Shown: positions 1 to 18,498, numbered from the whole stretch's first letter. The stretch: DNA of 63,071 bases, filler included, from Lenisia limosa (GCA_001655205.1; 13 parts of 13 records of this genome joined end to end with filler, not necessarily neighbours in it); one strand, 5' to 3'. The notes: a model not told the origin generated them from the letters alone. Numbers and translations: made by a program.

Positions 1-71
1 GTATTTCATAAATTTTCCAATTGTACTATTGGACTTTTTTTGTTATTTCCAAAATTATCCAATCCCCCCAG

Positions 72-5340
<5,269 letters not shown>

Positions 5341-5354
5341 GGTGGGGGGGGGGG

Positions 5355-5454
5355 NNNNNNNNNNNNNNNNNNNNNNNNNNNNNNNNNNNNNNNNNNNNTT
5401 AATTAATTAANNNNNNNNNNNNNNNNNNNNNNNNNNNNNNNNNNNNNNNNNNNN
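5355..5454. other. Artificial scaffold linker (44N-TTAATTAATTAA-44N); also at 9486, 18331, 20735, 32459, 35693, 37406, 40621, 44391, 52043, 54530, 58022
   Basis: Identical 100-nt spacer with stop codons in all six frames, seen 12 times. Confidence 0.98.
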
Positions 5455-8400
5455 AGGCTGATAAGGACGCCATGAATTCACCAAGACAAACTCCCTCGCC
5501 TTCATCTAAGGCAAAATCACCCCCCACCCCCGAAGGATCAATTGCTCTCCTTGTTCTCAGATACATCGGGTAGGACTCATTAACATTATTACCTGCTTGT
5601 TTTGACAATGGTTCTGTTCTTCTCTTCATTACCTCCCAGAGCGCGCTTGACTGTCATCTATTCACACGGTACTTCTGAGGTGAGTTCTCTTGAGAGTAAC
5701 ACATCCCCAATATCAGTATTGAGCTTGTTTTCTGTTATTTCACATTCCAACGTTTTTAGGATCTTGGAACTTGCCTGCCTTATATGAAAATGATAAGTCA
5801 CTACTGCAAGGTCTGCAACGGGTACTCTTCCATTGGTCATACAACCCCTCACACTCCAGGTGAATGTGATACTCTATGACTACAGGGGATATGGTGTTTC
5901 CAGCTCAGGTAGGGCAATTCTCATGTCTTCCTCTTGACAAACGTTGTTTCCCTGATCACCTTTTAGTCCAATGCTCCGAAGCAAGCACACGAGAAGATCT
6001 CAAAGCAGTCATTAGACATGCGTGAGTGGCTTTCAAAACATATTCCACATGATTACTCCTTTGCTGACAGTGTAGACGCGAGGTTCTAGGTATTCTTCCC
6101 GAGTCCATTGTTCTCTTTGGGCGGAGTCTTGGTACCGGTGTTTCATGCCAGGTTGCTTCCGAGGAAACTTTCGCCGCTGTGAGGGGGGGTATTACTATTT
6201 TTTAAAAAAGAGAGAAGAAGATGCAATAAGGTTTTATCAATAGTATGATATACATAACTTTTTTTTAAAACCTTATTGAATCTTCCTCTCTCTTTTTTAT
6301 ATATTTTATATTATATCATATGATACAGTATGTATAAAATATACATTGACAAAGAAAAGGTGTGACCCCTTTTCAAATGCAAATTAAGGGTGAAAGAATG
6401 GCATATCGGGGGCTATCCTGAGATTATCTTGCTTTTGTTATCTTTGCCACAATAGCAACATGTTTGGAACATGCTGACACCCTAGGTGATCCTGCAGTCG
6501 GGCTTCACATCCATTGTAGGGTCAAGGCTCCGATGGCCTGCTCTGAGCCCTTGGACAGATATGTACCGCAATATTGACAAGGTTGGGGGTTTGGTACATT
6601 GTTCATTGGAGCTAATTGTCAACTGTCTTACGCTTTGTCACTTCGCATTTCATAAAACTTATGCCTTTTCATGCCTTAGGTTACATCAATTAATGCGCCG
6701 ATATTTGTCATTCATGGAACAAAGGACTCTGTCACTCCGTTCCGATGCAGCAAAGTACGTTGGCTGGCTGGGTCATCTTTCATTAACTCTTCAGGCACTC
6801 TACATCAAAGCCAAGATCAAAGGGGGATTTCAAGAGGTCAAGAAAGCCGGACATAACAGTGAGTGCCATACCCTTCCTTGACTTGTATAGATTTGGAGAC
6901 TGTTTTTGGCTTTGGGCAGTATTGCTTGACGCTTTCCAAGTGGTTTGCACAGACTGTAGCCTACCGAAATCTTTCCTCTCCGTCGTTTCCTCGAGATTTG
7001 GCCGAATCGTTCAGAGACCTCTACCCCTCTCCGAACGTCACACCTAGCCCTGAGATTCCCGTCACGGGGGCCATCGAGTCTCTCAATGTAGGCTTCTTTT
7101 TTCAATAGGAAAGATTTGGTTTTTGTGGTTATTGGAACTTGGCTTTTTTTATTCAAGAAACGACAAGATTGCAATACAATCCTGTAATACCCCTTGTTGA
7201 AAATTTTTACTCTGCAGTTGCAAAACGCAGCCTCGAAAAGTTCGATCAAATCCCTGACCCCCTCGCCGCCGCCCGAAGACAGCAGGACAGGTAGCAAGAT
7301 CGGCTTTGAGAATGCGCTGTCCCCCGGGACGCCTTCATCTGGTGATGACGGCACCAACATGCTCTCAATATCGAGGTTCCCTGAAACCCCCCCTGTACTG
7401 TCGCAGCCGGACCTGCCCATGCCGAAGCTGGCCCAAGCAACGTCCAACGTTCCGTCGGCTCTCAAACCGCCGTCCAGCCCCTTCCACAGCCCGCGGCCGG
7501 TCAGAAGTGAAGCTTTCCTGCCCAGACCACTGGTTAGCGAATTTGCGTGTATTGCCCTTGCTTGTCCGTTGCCCAGTGCTTCAGCTCACACTTTAGTCTT
7601 CGGGCTCGGAGTGGCAGCGTTCAGCCTCGTCCTTGACCTCTCTTTCCCAGGACAGTGATAATGAATTGTTGAGTCCCTTACACTCCCCCAAAGTCATATC
7701 GGGTAAGATTGTTGATATGTAAAAGAAATCGCGAAAAGGGAAATAGACGACATTATACAGTGAACGATTGGTAGAGATTCCTTAAGCCTTACACCCCAGA
7801 GCATAATGGTGTCAGTGCCTGGGCCGAAGATAGTTCCGCCGCCCTCGTGACCGTTCAGGTCTTGGGGGCTTTTATGGCTTTCTTCTGTCAAACAAACTTG
7901 ATACAATGGGGAGACATGGTGTATCCTTTCATCCGGCAACCTTGACCATTAACGTTTTTAGAAAATCCATGGAGTTACAGCGAAGGACTCCCCGAGCATC
8001 ATCAGGAGGGACCGCATGCTGCCCAACCTTGAGGATCTCATTCTACCCGGCACGCCCAGGGACAAGAAACGGGTGTCCAAATCCGTGCTTCGAGAAACCG
8101 ACTTTCTCTTGTCCACTGCTGTAGAGGACCTCTCGGATTGTGAAGGTTGGCCCCAAGCTGAGTGTAAAAGTGAATGGCAGAATGTTGTCAATTGAATCAA
8201 GTTCAGAGCTAACACCTCAGTTCCGGCACCCCGAAGGGAGCCCCGAATACTCCTCCCCTCCGGGCCCAACGTTCTGAGGGCAGTTCCACGACCCACACCG
8301 CCCTCGACGCCGGCTCTTGGTGGCCTGAACAGCAGCCCCTCCATTGCCAGAGACAAGAAAAAGTCTCTCAGATGGGGCGGTAATCTCGGTAGGTTTTGTT

Positions 8401-8563
8401 ATTATAATGACTTTACCTGATGTGATTTTAAAACCTGTATGTTCCCTTTTTAGTGGTTCGGACTAAAGAATCCTGGCTGATCCTCCCCCCCCCCCCTCCA
8501 GGTGAAACGACTTTTGACGAGAAAAAGCCTGAACCAAAAGCAGCTGTATTACGAATACAATAG
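5455..8563 (+). CDS. ABHD17-like alpha/beta hydrolase (putative protein depalmitoylase) with long Ser/Pro-rich C-terminal extension; 5' partial
   Basis: Exons VNVILYDYRGYGVSSSG; CSEASTREDLKAVIRH; IVLFGRSLGTG (nucleophile Ser); VILQSGFTSI...DMYRNIDK; APIFVIHGTKDSVTP (Asp); KKAGHN (His); inferred last exon ends TAG at 8561-8563. Confidence 0.85.
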
Positions 8564-8728
8564 AGATAAGGTTGGTTGAATTTTGAAACTTGACACGTTT
8601 CACAGTTTTAGGTTGGCGCCTGGAGTGCAGTGTTAGTTTATAATATTTAAGAGTGTATGATATAGTAGTGGTATTGGATGTTTCTATTTATTCCCTTTCC
8701 ATTGAACAAAGGACAGTTCTGCATTGCA

Positions 8729-9315
8729 CTAGACAGGGGGAATGACAGTGCGACAAAACTTCCCATCAACGTCTGCAACAATCACTACCTGTAGGGTCAG
8801 AGATTTGTAAAAAAGTGACTTCATCAAATATCTCATCAAAGCCCCCCCCCCCTCCCCAACAAAGTTGATTTCCAGTACGGCCTTCTTTTTACTTATCACA
8901 GTTGCCTTGAGCATCTGGGTGCTCTGTAGACTGGCTTGGTCAAAGTCATCTGGGTTGAAGGCCGGGACCTGGGAGGGGAAGGGGGTCAAATTGATAGGCA
9001 GTCAGTGGATCAACTCAGTCTGTGAAAACAACCACAAAGACGAACAGGAATAATAAGAGAAGTTTCAAAATTAAAACTATCAGTAATACACACAAGTCGA
9101 AGCCTTAAATTATAACAAGCACATTCACCCAACAATATTAACTCGATAAAAGTTAAAAAGGCGCATGCGGGGAGTAGAGGGGGTCGGCTGTCAGAAAGCA
9201 ATAAGAGGCCCCCCCAAACTTGGACAGTAATGAGAGTTTTTCCTGGGTTGACAGTGTTAATGTCTTTTGTGGCAACAGTCATGACCTCTTCAGGATCGGT
9301 AACGTCGAAGCAGTA
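8729..9315 (-). CDS. 3' exons of an uncharacterised protein
   Basis: Exons YCFDVTDPEEVMTVATKDINTVNPGKTLITVQ, VPAFNPDDFDQASLQSTQMLKAT and VVIVADVDGKFCRTVIPPV* with canonical splice sites. Confidence 0.55.
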
Positions 9316-9585
9316 CTAAACATTTAATATGAAAAGGAATTATATCATATAATAATACTATTGTATCATGTAGTTAATGATATGATATAGTATAGTAATA
9401 TTACATAGTATGTGATGTCAAAAAGTATATATATATAGGTGAGTGCACACGACCGCGACCTGTAACATAACCGCGACCGCTTTTCNNNNNNNNNNNNNNN
9501 NNNNNNNNNNNNNNNNNNNNNNNNNNNNNTTAATTAATTAANNNNNNNNNNNNNNNNNNNNNNNNNNNNNNNNNNNNNNNNNNNN

Positions 9586-9660
9586 CACCCCTCATCACAC
9601 TCCGCATCACACCCCTCATCACACTCCGCATCACACCCCTCATCACACTCCGCATCACAA
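9586..9660. repeat. Minisatellite, 24-bp unit x3
   Basis: cacccctcatcacactccgcatca repeated at scaffold start. Confidence 0.85.
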
Positions 9661-9665
9661 CTCAC

Positions 9666-9762
9666 CAGGCGTCACTTCGGTTACAAAATGACGAATAAAT
9701 ATGGTACTTATCGAGGATTAATCGAGGATTCAGCCTTATTTGGAACCTAAAGTGAAGCTCTC
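9666..9762. mobile_element. MITE family 1, degenerate copy
   Basis: ggcgtcacttcggtt ... aacctaaagtgaagctct with atcgagga core repeats. Confidence 0.6.
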
Positions 9763-9924
9763 ACTCCACCCCCCCCCCCCCNNNNNNNNNNNNNNNNNNN
9801 NNNNNNNNNNNNNNNNNNNNNNNNNNNNNNNNNNNNNNNNNNNNNNNNNNNNNNNNNNNNNNNNNNNNNNNNNNNNNNNNNNNNNNNNNNNNNNNNNNNN
9901 NNNNNNNNNNNNNNNNNNNNNNNN

Positions 9925-12900
9925 AGTAAGCCAATGGACACAGAAGAAGTCTCTAGGGCTGAAAGAATGCATTAAAAGTCACCTTCCAGGGCCCTCCAGA
10001 ACTCTCTTGATGACTCCTCTGTTCTGATTCGGTATGCCTGGACAATATTTGGGGATTTTTTGCTATTTTGCTGACGTTCAAAGCTTCGAGACAGCCAAGG
10101 CTCTGGCTGGAGCCGACCTCATCACATCGATGGTGGAGCAGGAGGAAGCGTCCGAGCTTGAGGAGCTGAAGGTCATTAACGCAGCCCTGCAAGACCCCAA
10201 GGTACGCTCTGTCACTTTCCCCGGATGGAGATATAGGGGGCATTATAATTTGCCCTTTGGACCATTTTGATGTCGCCACGTCACCCTGCAGACCCTGGTG
10301 CCGCAAGAGTCGTTTTCGAGTGTCCCCTCCAGGCCGCACTTCTGGACCGTAACCGGCGGATGTGACAACCTTGCCGTCGGCTCAATAGAGTGGCTTCCTA
10401 AGGTATATCCGGTTATGCTGCTCTAAACTTCACAGGAAGAAAGAGTGGAAGTAGCTGGAGCGCCGGCCCCCGCCGCCGAAACCACTATCGGAATCCTTGG
10501 TGACAAACTGCAGATTCCGATGAACCGACAAGTCTCAAGTACTCATGAGGTGAGCCTGCTTACGTGGTTTATTCCTGGGGGTTTTATGGGTCAAACAATC
10601 ACAAAAAAATTCGAAGCAATCCGTTTTTTTTTGAGAAACCCAGGTCCAAACAATTGTCACCCCTTTCCCCCTCAGCCGGACCCTCAACCAGCAGTGCCCA
10701 GTGCGGGGCACTCAATCCGATCAATCCATGAGGAACCAGAAAGTAAGGCTCTTGTGTCTGGACCATATATAATACATAGCATGGTATAGTATTATACATT
10801 ACATGTGCATAGGAAGTAAATGGGAAATGAAAGCAGGATATATTTTCAATTATTATTCTCCTTCATCTTTTGGACACCATATATTGATTGAAACAAGAGG
10901 TTTCACAGATGTTACCCTCCAGCCGAGGCAGCCACTGCACGTGACACTGAAGAGGCGCGTGCGCGCGTTTTGTCGACTTTATTAGCGCGACTGGGTGACT
11001 CGAAATGGACCGTCCGCCGAGCCTCTCTGCTGGCCATTAACGCTCTGAGGTATGAGGGGCATTTGCTCTGTTTAACGTTAACTAGGGGGTGAAGGCATGC
11101 ATGAAATGTCTTCCAGCTGTCACCTTCCAGCACCGTGTGGGAGAAAATCGACGACCGAGTAGTCATTTTGGTGGAGGAAAGACTTGCTGATTCACAAGCC
11201 GAAGTATGTTGGGACTGAAAAGGCAAATGATTGGGTGGATTAATCATTTATTCTGCTTGTATCTCTTCTTAGCGTGGTGAACAGCTTCGGCTGATTCGTT
11301 TCTCATTCATATTCCGTCGTTTATTCATTTCTCATTCATATTCCGTCGTTTATTTGACACATTGTCTAACAAAGCTTTTTCAAATACGATATTGACAGGA
11401 ATTAACTCAGCGAACAGGTCAGGAAGGCTGCGGCGCGACTCCTTCTGGACCAAGGGCTTTCAGACAGGTTACTTCTCGTGAGTTTAAAGTTGTCTAATTA
11501 GGCGTAACAACAACAGGCCCTGGTTCTGAGGACACGGAGTGAAAGTGAGGTCATCCGAGAGGAGGCCTGTTCGTTTCTGTCTTACCACAGACTTTCCGAC
11601 TCCAAAAAAGCTCTTCAGGTGAGCCCCATTCTAGTCCTTTATTAACATGATGCGTTGATACCTTCGTTCTCAGTATCTGTTGAGTTTCTCCTCATACCAA
11701 GTATCCTATTTTAAAAAAGCGGCTGTTTTGTTTACCCCCAGGCCCTGGTGGCATGTTTGGACGACCCGGTCGCTGGCGTGTCGAAGGCGGCGGCGCGGGC
11801 TATTTCGGTATGCGTTGTGGTTGACTATCAGGCTTCATAAACAGGAACTTTGCTCAGTAAAAACGATGTTTTGTCGTTATTTTTTCAAACCAAAGGAATG
11901 AGTTGGTGTGACAATGTAGAACACTGGTCGGAGAGACGAGGCTGAGGAGCTGCTTTTACCTGCTCTGGTCAAGTTGCAACTTTGTGAAGCCCATGGTTTG
12001 CTGGGGAAGAACGTGCAATATGATACCCCAATGTCAGATTATTTATCCGATGTCATGCATTGATACATGTAGATGATAGTGGGTTTGCTCCCCTCTTCAA
12101 TCTCCAGGTATGCGTTTTTCTGATAATTTGTTCCGAAAACACCAATTGGGTATTTATTGGGCGAAAAATTTACTTACCATCTGACTTGATAGTCCCAGTC
12201 AGCAGCCGAGCCTACCCCCGACGCCAACAGGCCGCCTAAACTGCCGACTACTCCTCGAGGCTCAAATCTCAAACTCGACCTTTCAAAGAGTGCGTCTACC
12301 CATGTCTCTCTCCTGGGACTAATGCCTATGCTTCTCTTCTCTCTTGGGACTAATTCCCGTCTCTTAGGACCTTTTCTGACTGTCATAGTTAACTTTGGAG
12401 AATCTGATGAGGGTCCTTTGGCATCACTTCTTTCCGCGAGGGTCAAGAGGGATGATGGTAGGTTTGATGTCAAAAAATCAGCAATTCAACTTGGACGTCA
12501 CATGAGACTTGCTCTGGTCATGGGGCGGAGCCTGATTATTCAGATGACAAGCCGGGGGTGCACACAAGGGACTCAGTAGAGGCCGCCCTGTCGTCTCTCC
12601 GCGGGCTTGCCGTGTTAGGAAGCCCGTCAAAGTAGGACATTTTGAAATTTTGCATGTGATAATTGTTTTACACCTTGACTTACATGATGTACACTAGATG
12701 CCAGTTTTTACTTCGTAGCTTGGCCGTTGTTTCGATACGGGACGCGATTTCTGCCAAGCCTTGGGTGTTGAGGTCAGTTTCGGAGTTTCATTCACTCGCA
12801 TCATACCAACCCTTTTGCCTTCATTCGTGACACCATTTTGGCCGCAGTATTTGACCAGTTTAGGAGCCAGGCGGTGACCACTGTTGCGCAATGGGGCATC

Positions 12901-15283
12901 AATGACGACACCGTGGGGGTATAGGCTGGGTTAATCACAAATAGAATCTGAAACTTCAAAATAAAAAGGGGGGTGAGGGGACAGCATGGGCTAAAAGGGG
13001 GACATCTATGTCCATTGCATAGTGAAGGTCTCACCGTGCCAGATTACGGACACATTGCAAAAGCGGCTGATTGAGGCCGAGTGGCGAATGCGGCTTGAGG
13101 CGGCAGCGGACCTGGCAATGCTCTCGCCAAGCTGCCCAAGGGTGGGCCTTGGTCTTGATTAGTTTTATTGGAACTGTTCTCATCCCCACAGGCGCTAAAC
13201 ATTCTACTTTCTGCATATTGGGACGAGAACAATGGAATCGTCAAGTCCACCATAGTTGACGTAAGTCCTAACTTCATGACTTATGAATCCCCCGTAAAAA
13301 CAAAAATTTCATGGAATTTTTCGAGCTAGTGTCCAAATAACCTCTGCTCACCTTTTTACTGTTATTTCTTCTTGGTTATGGTTATCTCACTATTGCAGTC
13401 CATATCGGCTAGCATGACGCATAGGAACCTTCCGAGCCAACCCGGCCGGCCAAGATCAGCGGCTCGGAGCTCGGGGCATTTCACAGACTCTGTACCGGAC
13501 CTCACACTTTCACCGGAGGGTCCAATACGGCCGATAAAGGTATAATGGGGGTAAGGGGGGGATTAGGCCTTTCTAATGTGTTGTTTTTGACACCTAGGTA
13601 CCGCCTGAAGTAACCCGGGTTCTCGTTCATGCCCTCAAACACGCCGATCATTTGGTGTCGCTCTCAGCTGTCAGGTGAGCAGAAAGGCGCGTGACTCATC
13701 AGTGTTCGAAGATTCTTTTGTTATCAATTGTCCTTGTATTGATTCAACAGGGCGGTTGGTGCTCTTCGGTTGTCAACCCCAGGCACGCGGAAGGGACTGG
13801 TTCTTCTAACAAAGTCGCCAAACGAAGTCACGCGGCTGGAAACACTCAAAGTTGGGAGGAGAGGGTAATGTCTTTACCGCGCCCTATTTTCAGTTCAATT
13901 GAAAATATCTTTACCCGATACATCCCTCTCAGCATTCTCCGGGCTATTTGAAGCCTTTTATGATCTGACACTCCAGTGTATCTCCACGTTACTCTCTCTG
14001 ACAATGGCAGCAGTGGAGATGGACAAATCGTCTAACTCTCTTGTACGTGGTTTCCCCCCGTTATGATTTGATCCTTATGACCGCTTTAGGTTGGATCTTT
14101 TGTCCGTTTTGAGAACCTGGCACGACAGTCCCCTCCAACGTCGGGATCTGATTTTTTCTTGCATTATTCATCATTCTTCATTATTGATAATCACAAGTTC
14201 ATTTCATTATTTATTATCACCCATTGTTATGTTTACTGTTCATTATTCATTGTTTACAGGTATAGGCCTGGCAGTCCCTTCAGTAGCCCTATAAGAAGAG
14301 ACTGTTTGGGGGAACCTTGGTTTAGTCATGCAATATCTGTTCTGCTCTACAAGCAGTCACAATGTAGCTCCTTTGGATGACAGTGACATTTTGGACGGCA
14401 AGGAAGACGAATATGACGCCCCAACCACGGAGCTAGAAGCGTCTCCAAACCTCGAGTTTTCGCGATCAACTGCACGAATGGCTTTCAGTGGGTTCCCTTA
14501 TGGTTGATCTAACTTGTCAGAGGGCAGTCCCCCATCAAGGAGAGGCAAGTCGTCGCACCTCAAAATGTTGGTGACTTGTGACTAGAGCATCACTTTGTGG
14601 TTCAAAATATTACTGAATTTCTCGATAAATCTGATAAATATCGATATATTTTATCAGTCTTTTTGAATCGGAATGAAGTCCTACTTGTGACCATTTATGA
14701 CTCTGTAGGAACGGGAGTCTCGAGACGCAGTTCTCCAACTCTGCGGTATGCACGTGACCTCCGATGTTTTTAACTCTTTAGCCGCACATGAGCACCGAGA
14801 TACCCTCTCAACTTCAGAAGAAACCACCTCCTCACATCTCCGCCCTCAAACCAAACAATAAGAGCAGTGGGGGGAACCATCAACTGCTTTTTAAATTCCA
14901 TAAAATACTGAATTTGTCACGAATATTAATCAAAGCGAGGTGAAGTGACCCCGTAGATTTGGCACCTTCAGAGTTGGTTGAGGCTGTCCATGCTTGCTTG
15001 TCAACAAGCGAAACCCCCGCAGTGAGGTAAGCAGCACGTGAACGGATGTCTTATGTTCTTGAAGAGGAATACTTGGCTGACACTTTTAGATCTGCGGCAG
15101 TTGAGACTGTGGCGAAAGGCGCTATCGGGGAAGGCATTGTTCAGACCCTTCTCAACTTGGCTTGTGGGAGGGGTGCTTTGGAAGATCTGTGTTTGGCTCG
15201 GAGGTGAAAGGGTAGCGGACGCATAGGTTTTTGGCCCAGAGGACACCCAAATTATTGATGAGGTGGCCATCAACCTCAAATGA
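9925..15283 (+). CDS. Large multi-exon helical (HEAT/ARM-like) protein, family not recognised
   Basis: Many in-frame exons, e.g. DVQSFETAKALAGADLITSMVEQEEASELEELKVINAALQDPK and LQKRLIEAEWRMRLEAAADLAMLSP; final exon DTQIIDEVAINLK* (TGA 15281-15283). Confidence 0.5.
14583..14683. mobile_element. MITE family 1, degenerate copy
   Basis: tagagcatcacttt ... gaatgaagtccta with ctcgataaat/atcgat core. Confidence 0.65.
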
Positions 15284-15665
15284 TCTGAGCCAAAATCCTG
15301 CCTCCTAAGGCCTCTTCTTCCCCCTTCCTTCGCCTTAACACATTTTTAAGACAATCTAAGAGCCTCTACTCTTGAGGCTTGTCTGAAGCTCCACGGATAA
15401 CTGGCGTATTTCGTCATTAAATGGGTTATTTTAGCGAATTTTTTCGGCTAATATCTATACTCGTTAAATAGGCGATTTGAAAGGACAAAAAATGTATTTA
15501 TCGTAAAAACATTCAGTAAAACAAAGATAAAATAGATACATGGGAGAGCGACGGCGGAGTGGACGGGGATGGACTGAGGGAGGTGATCTCTTCTGGAGTG
15601 GGGCGGAAATTTTCGATATTTCTGAAAAAACTTGCATCGAGAATGAAAGAGGGGAATTAGCTTTC

Positions 15666-15715
15666 GGCTACGGTCATACTCTGGGGGTCATCGCGCATCC
15701 CGTCCGCTCTGCGAA
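15666..15715 (+). rRNA. 5S rRNA gene, 5' 50 nt (cut by a gap)
   Basis: Identical to the first 50 nt of the copy at 17251; similar 65-bp upstream flank. Confidence 0.85.
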
Positions 15716-15942
15716 NNNNNNNNNNATTTCAATAAGATTAGACTTATTGTATGGAATTTTATCTGTGTTGGTATGAATTTATATAATAATTATATATTTG
15801 TCTGTTTGATGCCAACTGTTACTGGTTCTTAGCTGTTTGATGCTTTGTGTAACTCAGAGTTTTTTTTTTCTCTCTTCTGTTTATTGATTTTACTGATTTT
15901 GGGATTTTAAAATAATTCCAATTTTACCCTTCCCCCATTTAG

Positions 15943-18086
15943 ACCATCGATTTCGACGACACTGCGACGTTCACCATCCCGGCTGCCGAGTCTTTCGCGG
16001 TCAGCTCCGGAACCTGGAATGGAGGACCCGCGACGCATGTTAATGTCTATGTAGGGGGGCATGTTAAGACCCAATGTTGTAATGTATAAAGCAGAAACAA
16101 CATAGTCTTATTTGAATGCACTGCTCACAATCATCTCCTTTTGATTTCGTAGGTTTACGGAATCCTTTCGATTAGCAACATCCCAACTATCAACATCAAA
16201 GTGACCGGGGGTTGTTGAATTATTTTTAAATCATTGTAGTTATGAACTCTGCACCCCCCCTCCCCCCATTGCTAAAACCATTTGCAGTTTCAAACCTACC
16301 CCGGCTCACGGCTGGAATTCTCGGGCGCCACTACCGTCACAAAGTCCCTAGTCTTAGCCGGCGACTACGCGTTTGGCAGCTCCTTCAATGTGAGCTGGGG
16401 ATTGTTGGGTTGAAATGCGTCAACCATATCGTAACTGTAACGAGGGTTTTACTTGGTTTTTTCTTGGACACTTAGTTCTGTATCATAACTAGGGCTTCAC
16501 TTTGGTTCGAAAAATACCCAGTAAAATGTCGATACTTTTAGAATTTTATCGAAAATTTCAGTCTTTTTGCGAACCGAAGTGAAGCCTTATTCATAACGCC
16601 AAAATATGTTTTCAATACGTGAAATGATACCGGAGTGTTAGTTCTTGACATCAAATGGGGTTTTATCTAACCAGCTTACGCCCAGCGTCATTTCTTTCCT
16701 TGTTATTTACCCGTTTCATATTCCATCGTATGCATTATTCAATCTTGTTTTTATTTTTGATGTTCATGAAAATCTAAGGAAACATATAATCCTTACCTTC
16801 GTGCTCAATCCAGTATAAAGGCTTATTTACTCCTCTCACCGCCAAGACTGGTACTCTGACTATCGACACGCCAAATCCGCCCGAAATATTAGTGGACGAT
16901 TGGGCCAGTTCCGACATTTATGTGTCAAGTGGCGACCTTTTCATCAATGCCACCAACACTGTTTCGGTGAGTGGTGCTGAATAATTAGGGCTTCACTTCT
17001 ACAATACTGATGGAATTTGGTTTTTTGAGAAAATACATGTCATCCACTGGTCTTCAAGTTAAACACAACTGAAACTGGATCATTAAAAGGAGAAATACCG
17101 TTTTTTCTGTTTTTTGTAGTAAAAATGATGGAATGATGGTGCCTCTACACGATGATGGGTTGTACTAGGGGTATAGTCGTGAAATCCGCGAAAATTTTCG
17201 ATATTCTGAAAAAAACTGGAATCGGGAGTGAAATAGTGGGTTATGCTTTCGGCTACGGTCATACTCTGGGGGTCATCGCGCATCCCGTCCGCTCTGCGAA
17301 CGCAAGCCCCAGCAGGCCTTGGTAGTACTGACGTCGGAGACGAGTCGGGAAGGCAGGGTACTGTAGTTTTTTTTCTTTTTTTCTTTTTTTTTTCTCATCT
17401 TTTTCCTTTTTCTTTTGGCAGTAGTATGTTTCTTTCTCCCATCATTATCTTTGGACGTGGTCTGAATAGCTCTTCAAGGAACTAGAGGGATAATAAGGTG
17501 GACTTCTATGGGGTACAAGTGTCATTATTGCCCCCTAACCAGTCCAGCCGACTCCGTTGCTGCCGTGCGTTCCAGCGCACTTCTGGCCGTAGCGCGCCTG
17601 TCCGCCAGCCCCCCACACCTCTACCCGGCACTTGCCAACGAAATGAGAGAGGCCCTCACTGTCGAACCCTCCAGGATGTCCATTTCTGCTTCTACGAAAA
17701 CGGTCCAATCTTCTGGTGACTGTATGGGGGGTTCTTGAGTTCATTGTTATGGGGAGTCCCGCAAAAAGCTGTGTGCACAGAGTTGTAAGGCAAATGATTG
17801 GGTGAATTTATATTATACTATCATCCAATNNNNNNNNNNTATCAGAGAATATAGTCTCTACAAGGTTAACAACACTTTAGCTTACCAAGTTACTGCCTAT
17901 AGAGATGCTTTTATATCGTCCTGAAATTTTTACCTAGCTTTGATATCGCTTCCCTTTATTGGTTATAGTTTATGAATCTCCATCTCAACTTACCCCCAGA
18001 TAACTGGGTCGATTTCCAACCCCGCGTACAACTGCTACATTTCAGCTGGCACCAGCGTTGTTCTCGGTGCCATCACTTGCAAAACA
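15943..18086 (+). CDS. Beta-rich, Thr/Ser/Gly-rich putative surface or secreted protein (multi-exon, partial)
   Basis: Exons TIDFDDTATFTIPAAESFAVSSGTWNGG, FQTYPGSRLEFSGATTVTKSLVLAG, TGTLTIDTPNPPEILVDDW, ITGSISNPAYNCYISAGTSVVLGAITCKT. Confidence 0.55.
16490..16589. mobile_element. MITE family 1 copy, intronic
   Basis: tagggcttcactttggttcgaaaaa ... ttttgcgaaccgaagtgaagcctta. Confidence 0.85.
17251..17368 (+). rRNA. 5S rRNA gene, complete (118 nt), followed by a Pol III T-run
   Basis: GGCTACGGTCATAC...GGTAGTACT...GGAGAC...GGGTACTGTAGTT. Helix I GGCTACGG/CTGTAGTT, helix II CTCTGGGG/CCCCAGCAG and helix III GCGCA/TGCG-C fold as canonical 5S; long T tract downstream. Confidence 0.93.
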
Positions 18087-18179
18087 GTAAAAAGTGCGTA
18101 CCGTGCATTCAGCCTACATTGCTACTCTATCTCTCTATGCACATTATTGTACATGTCTACATAAGGGCCATATTCTAAA

Positions 18180-18330
18180 ATTCCATGACATCATAGGTGA
18201 TAAACCTTCTAGTTTCCATGACATCATAGGTGATAAGTGATAAACCTTCTAGTTTCCATGACATCATAGCAGGTGATAAACCTTCTAGTTTCCATGACAT
18301 CATAGGTGATAAGTGATAAACCTTCTAGTT
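18180..18330. repeat. Minisatellite, about 32-39 bp unit x4
   Basis: ttccatgacatcataggtgata(agtgata)aaccttctagt. Confidence 0.85.
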
Positions 18331-18498
18331 NNNNNNNNNNNNNNNNNNNNNNNNNNNNNNNNNNNNNNNNNNNNTTAATTAATTAANNNNNNNNNNNNNN
18401 NNNNNNNNNNNNNNNNNNNNNNNNNNNNNNTTTTGTTGTTGTTAACCCTCGTGTGTTGTCAGCCAACAGAGTTGATTTGATTCATATTTACCCCACAG

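Noticed and set aside
5399-5410. Recurring TTAATTAATTAA palindrome between N runs
   Set aside because: Artificial six-frame-stop linker used to concatenate scaffolds, not biology.
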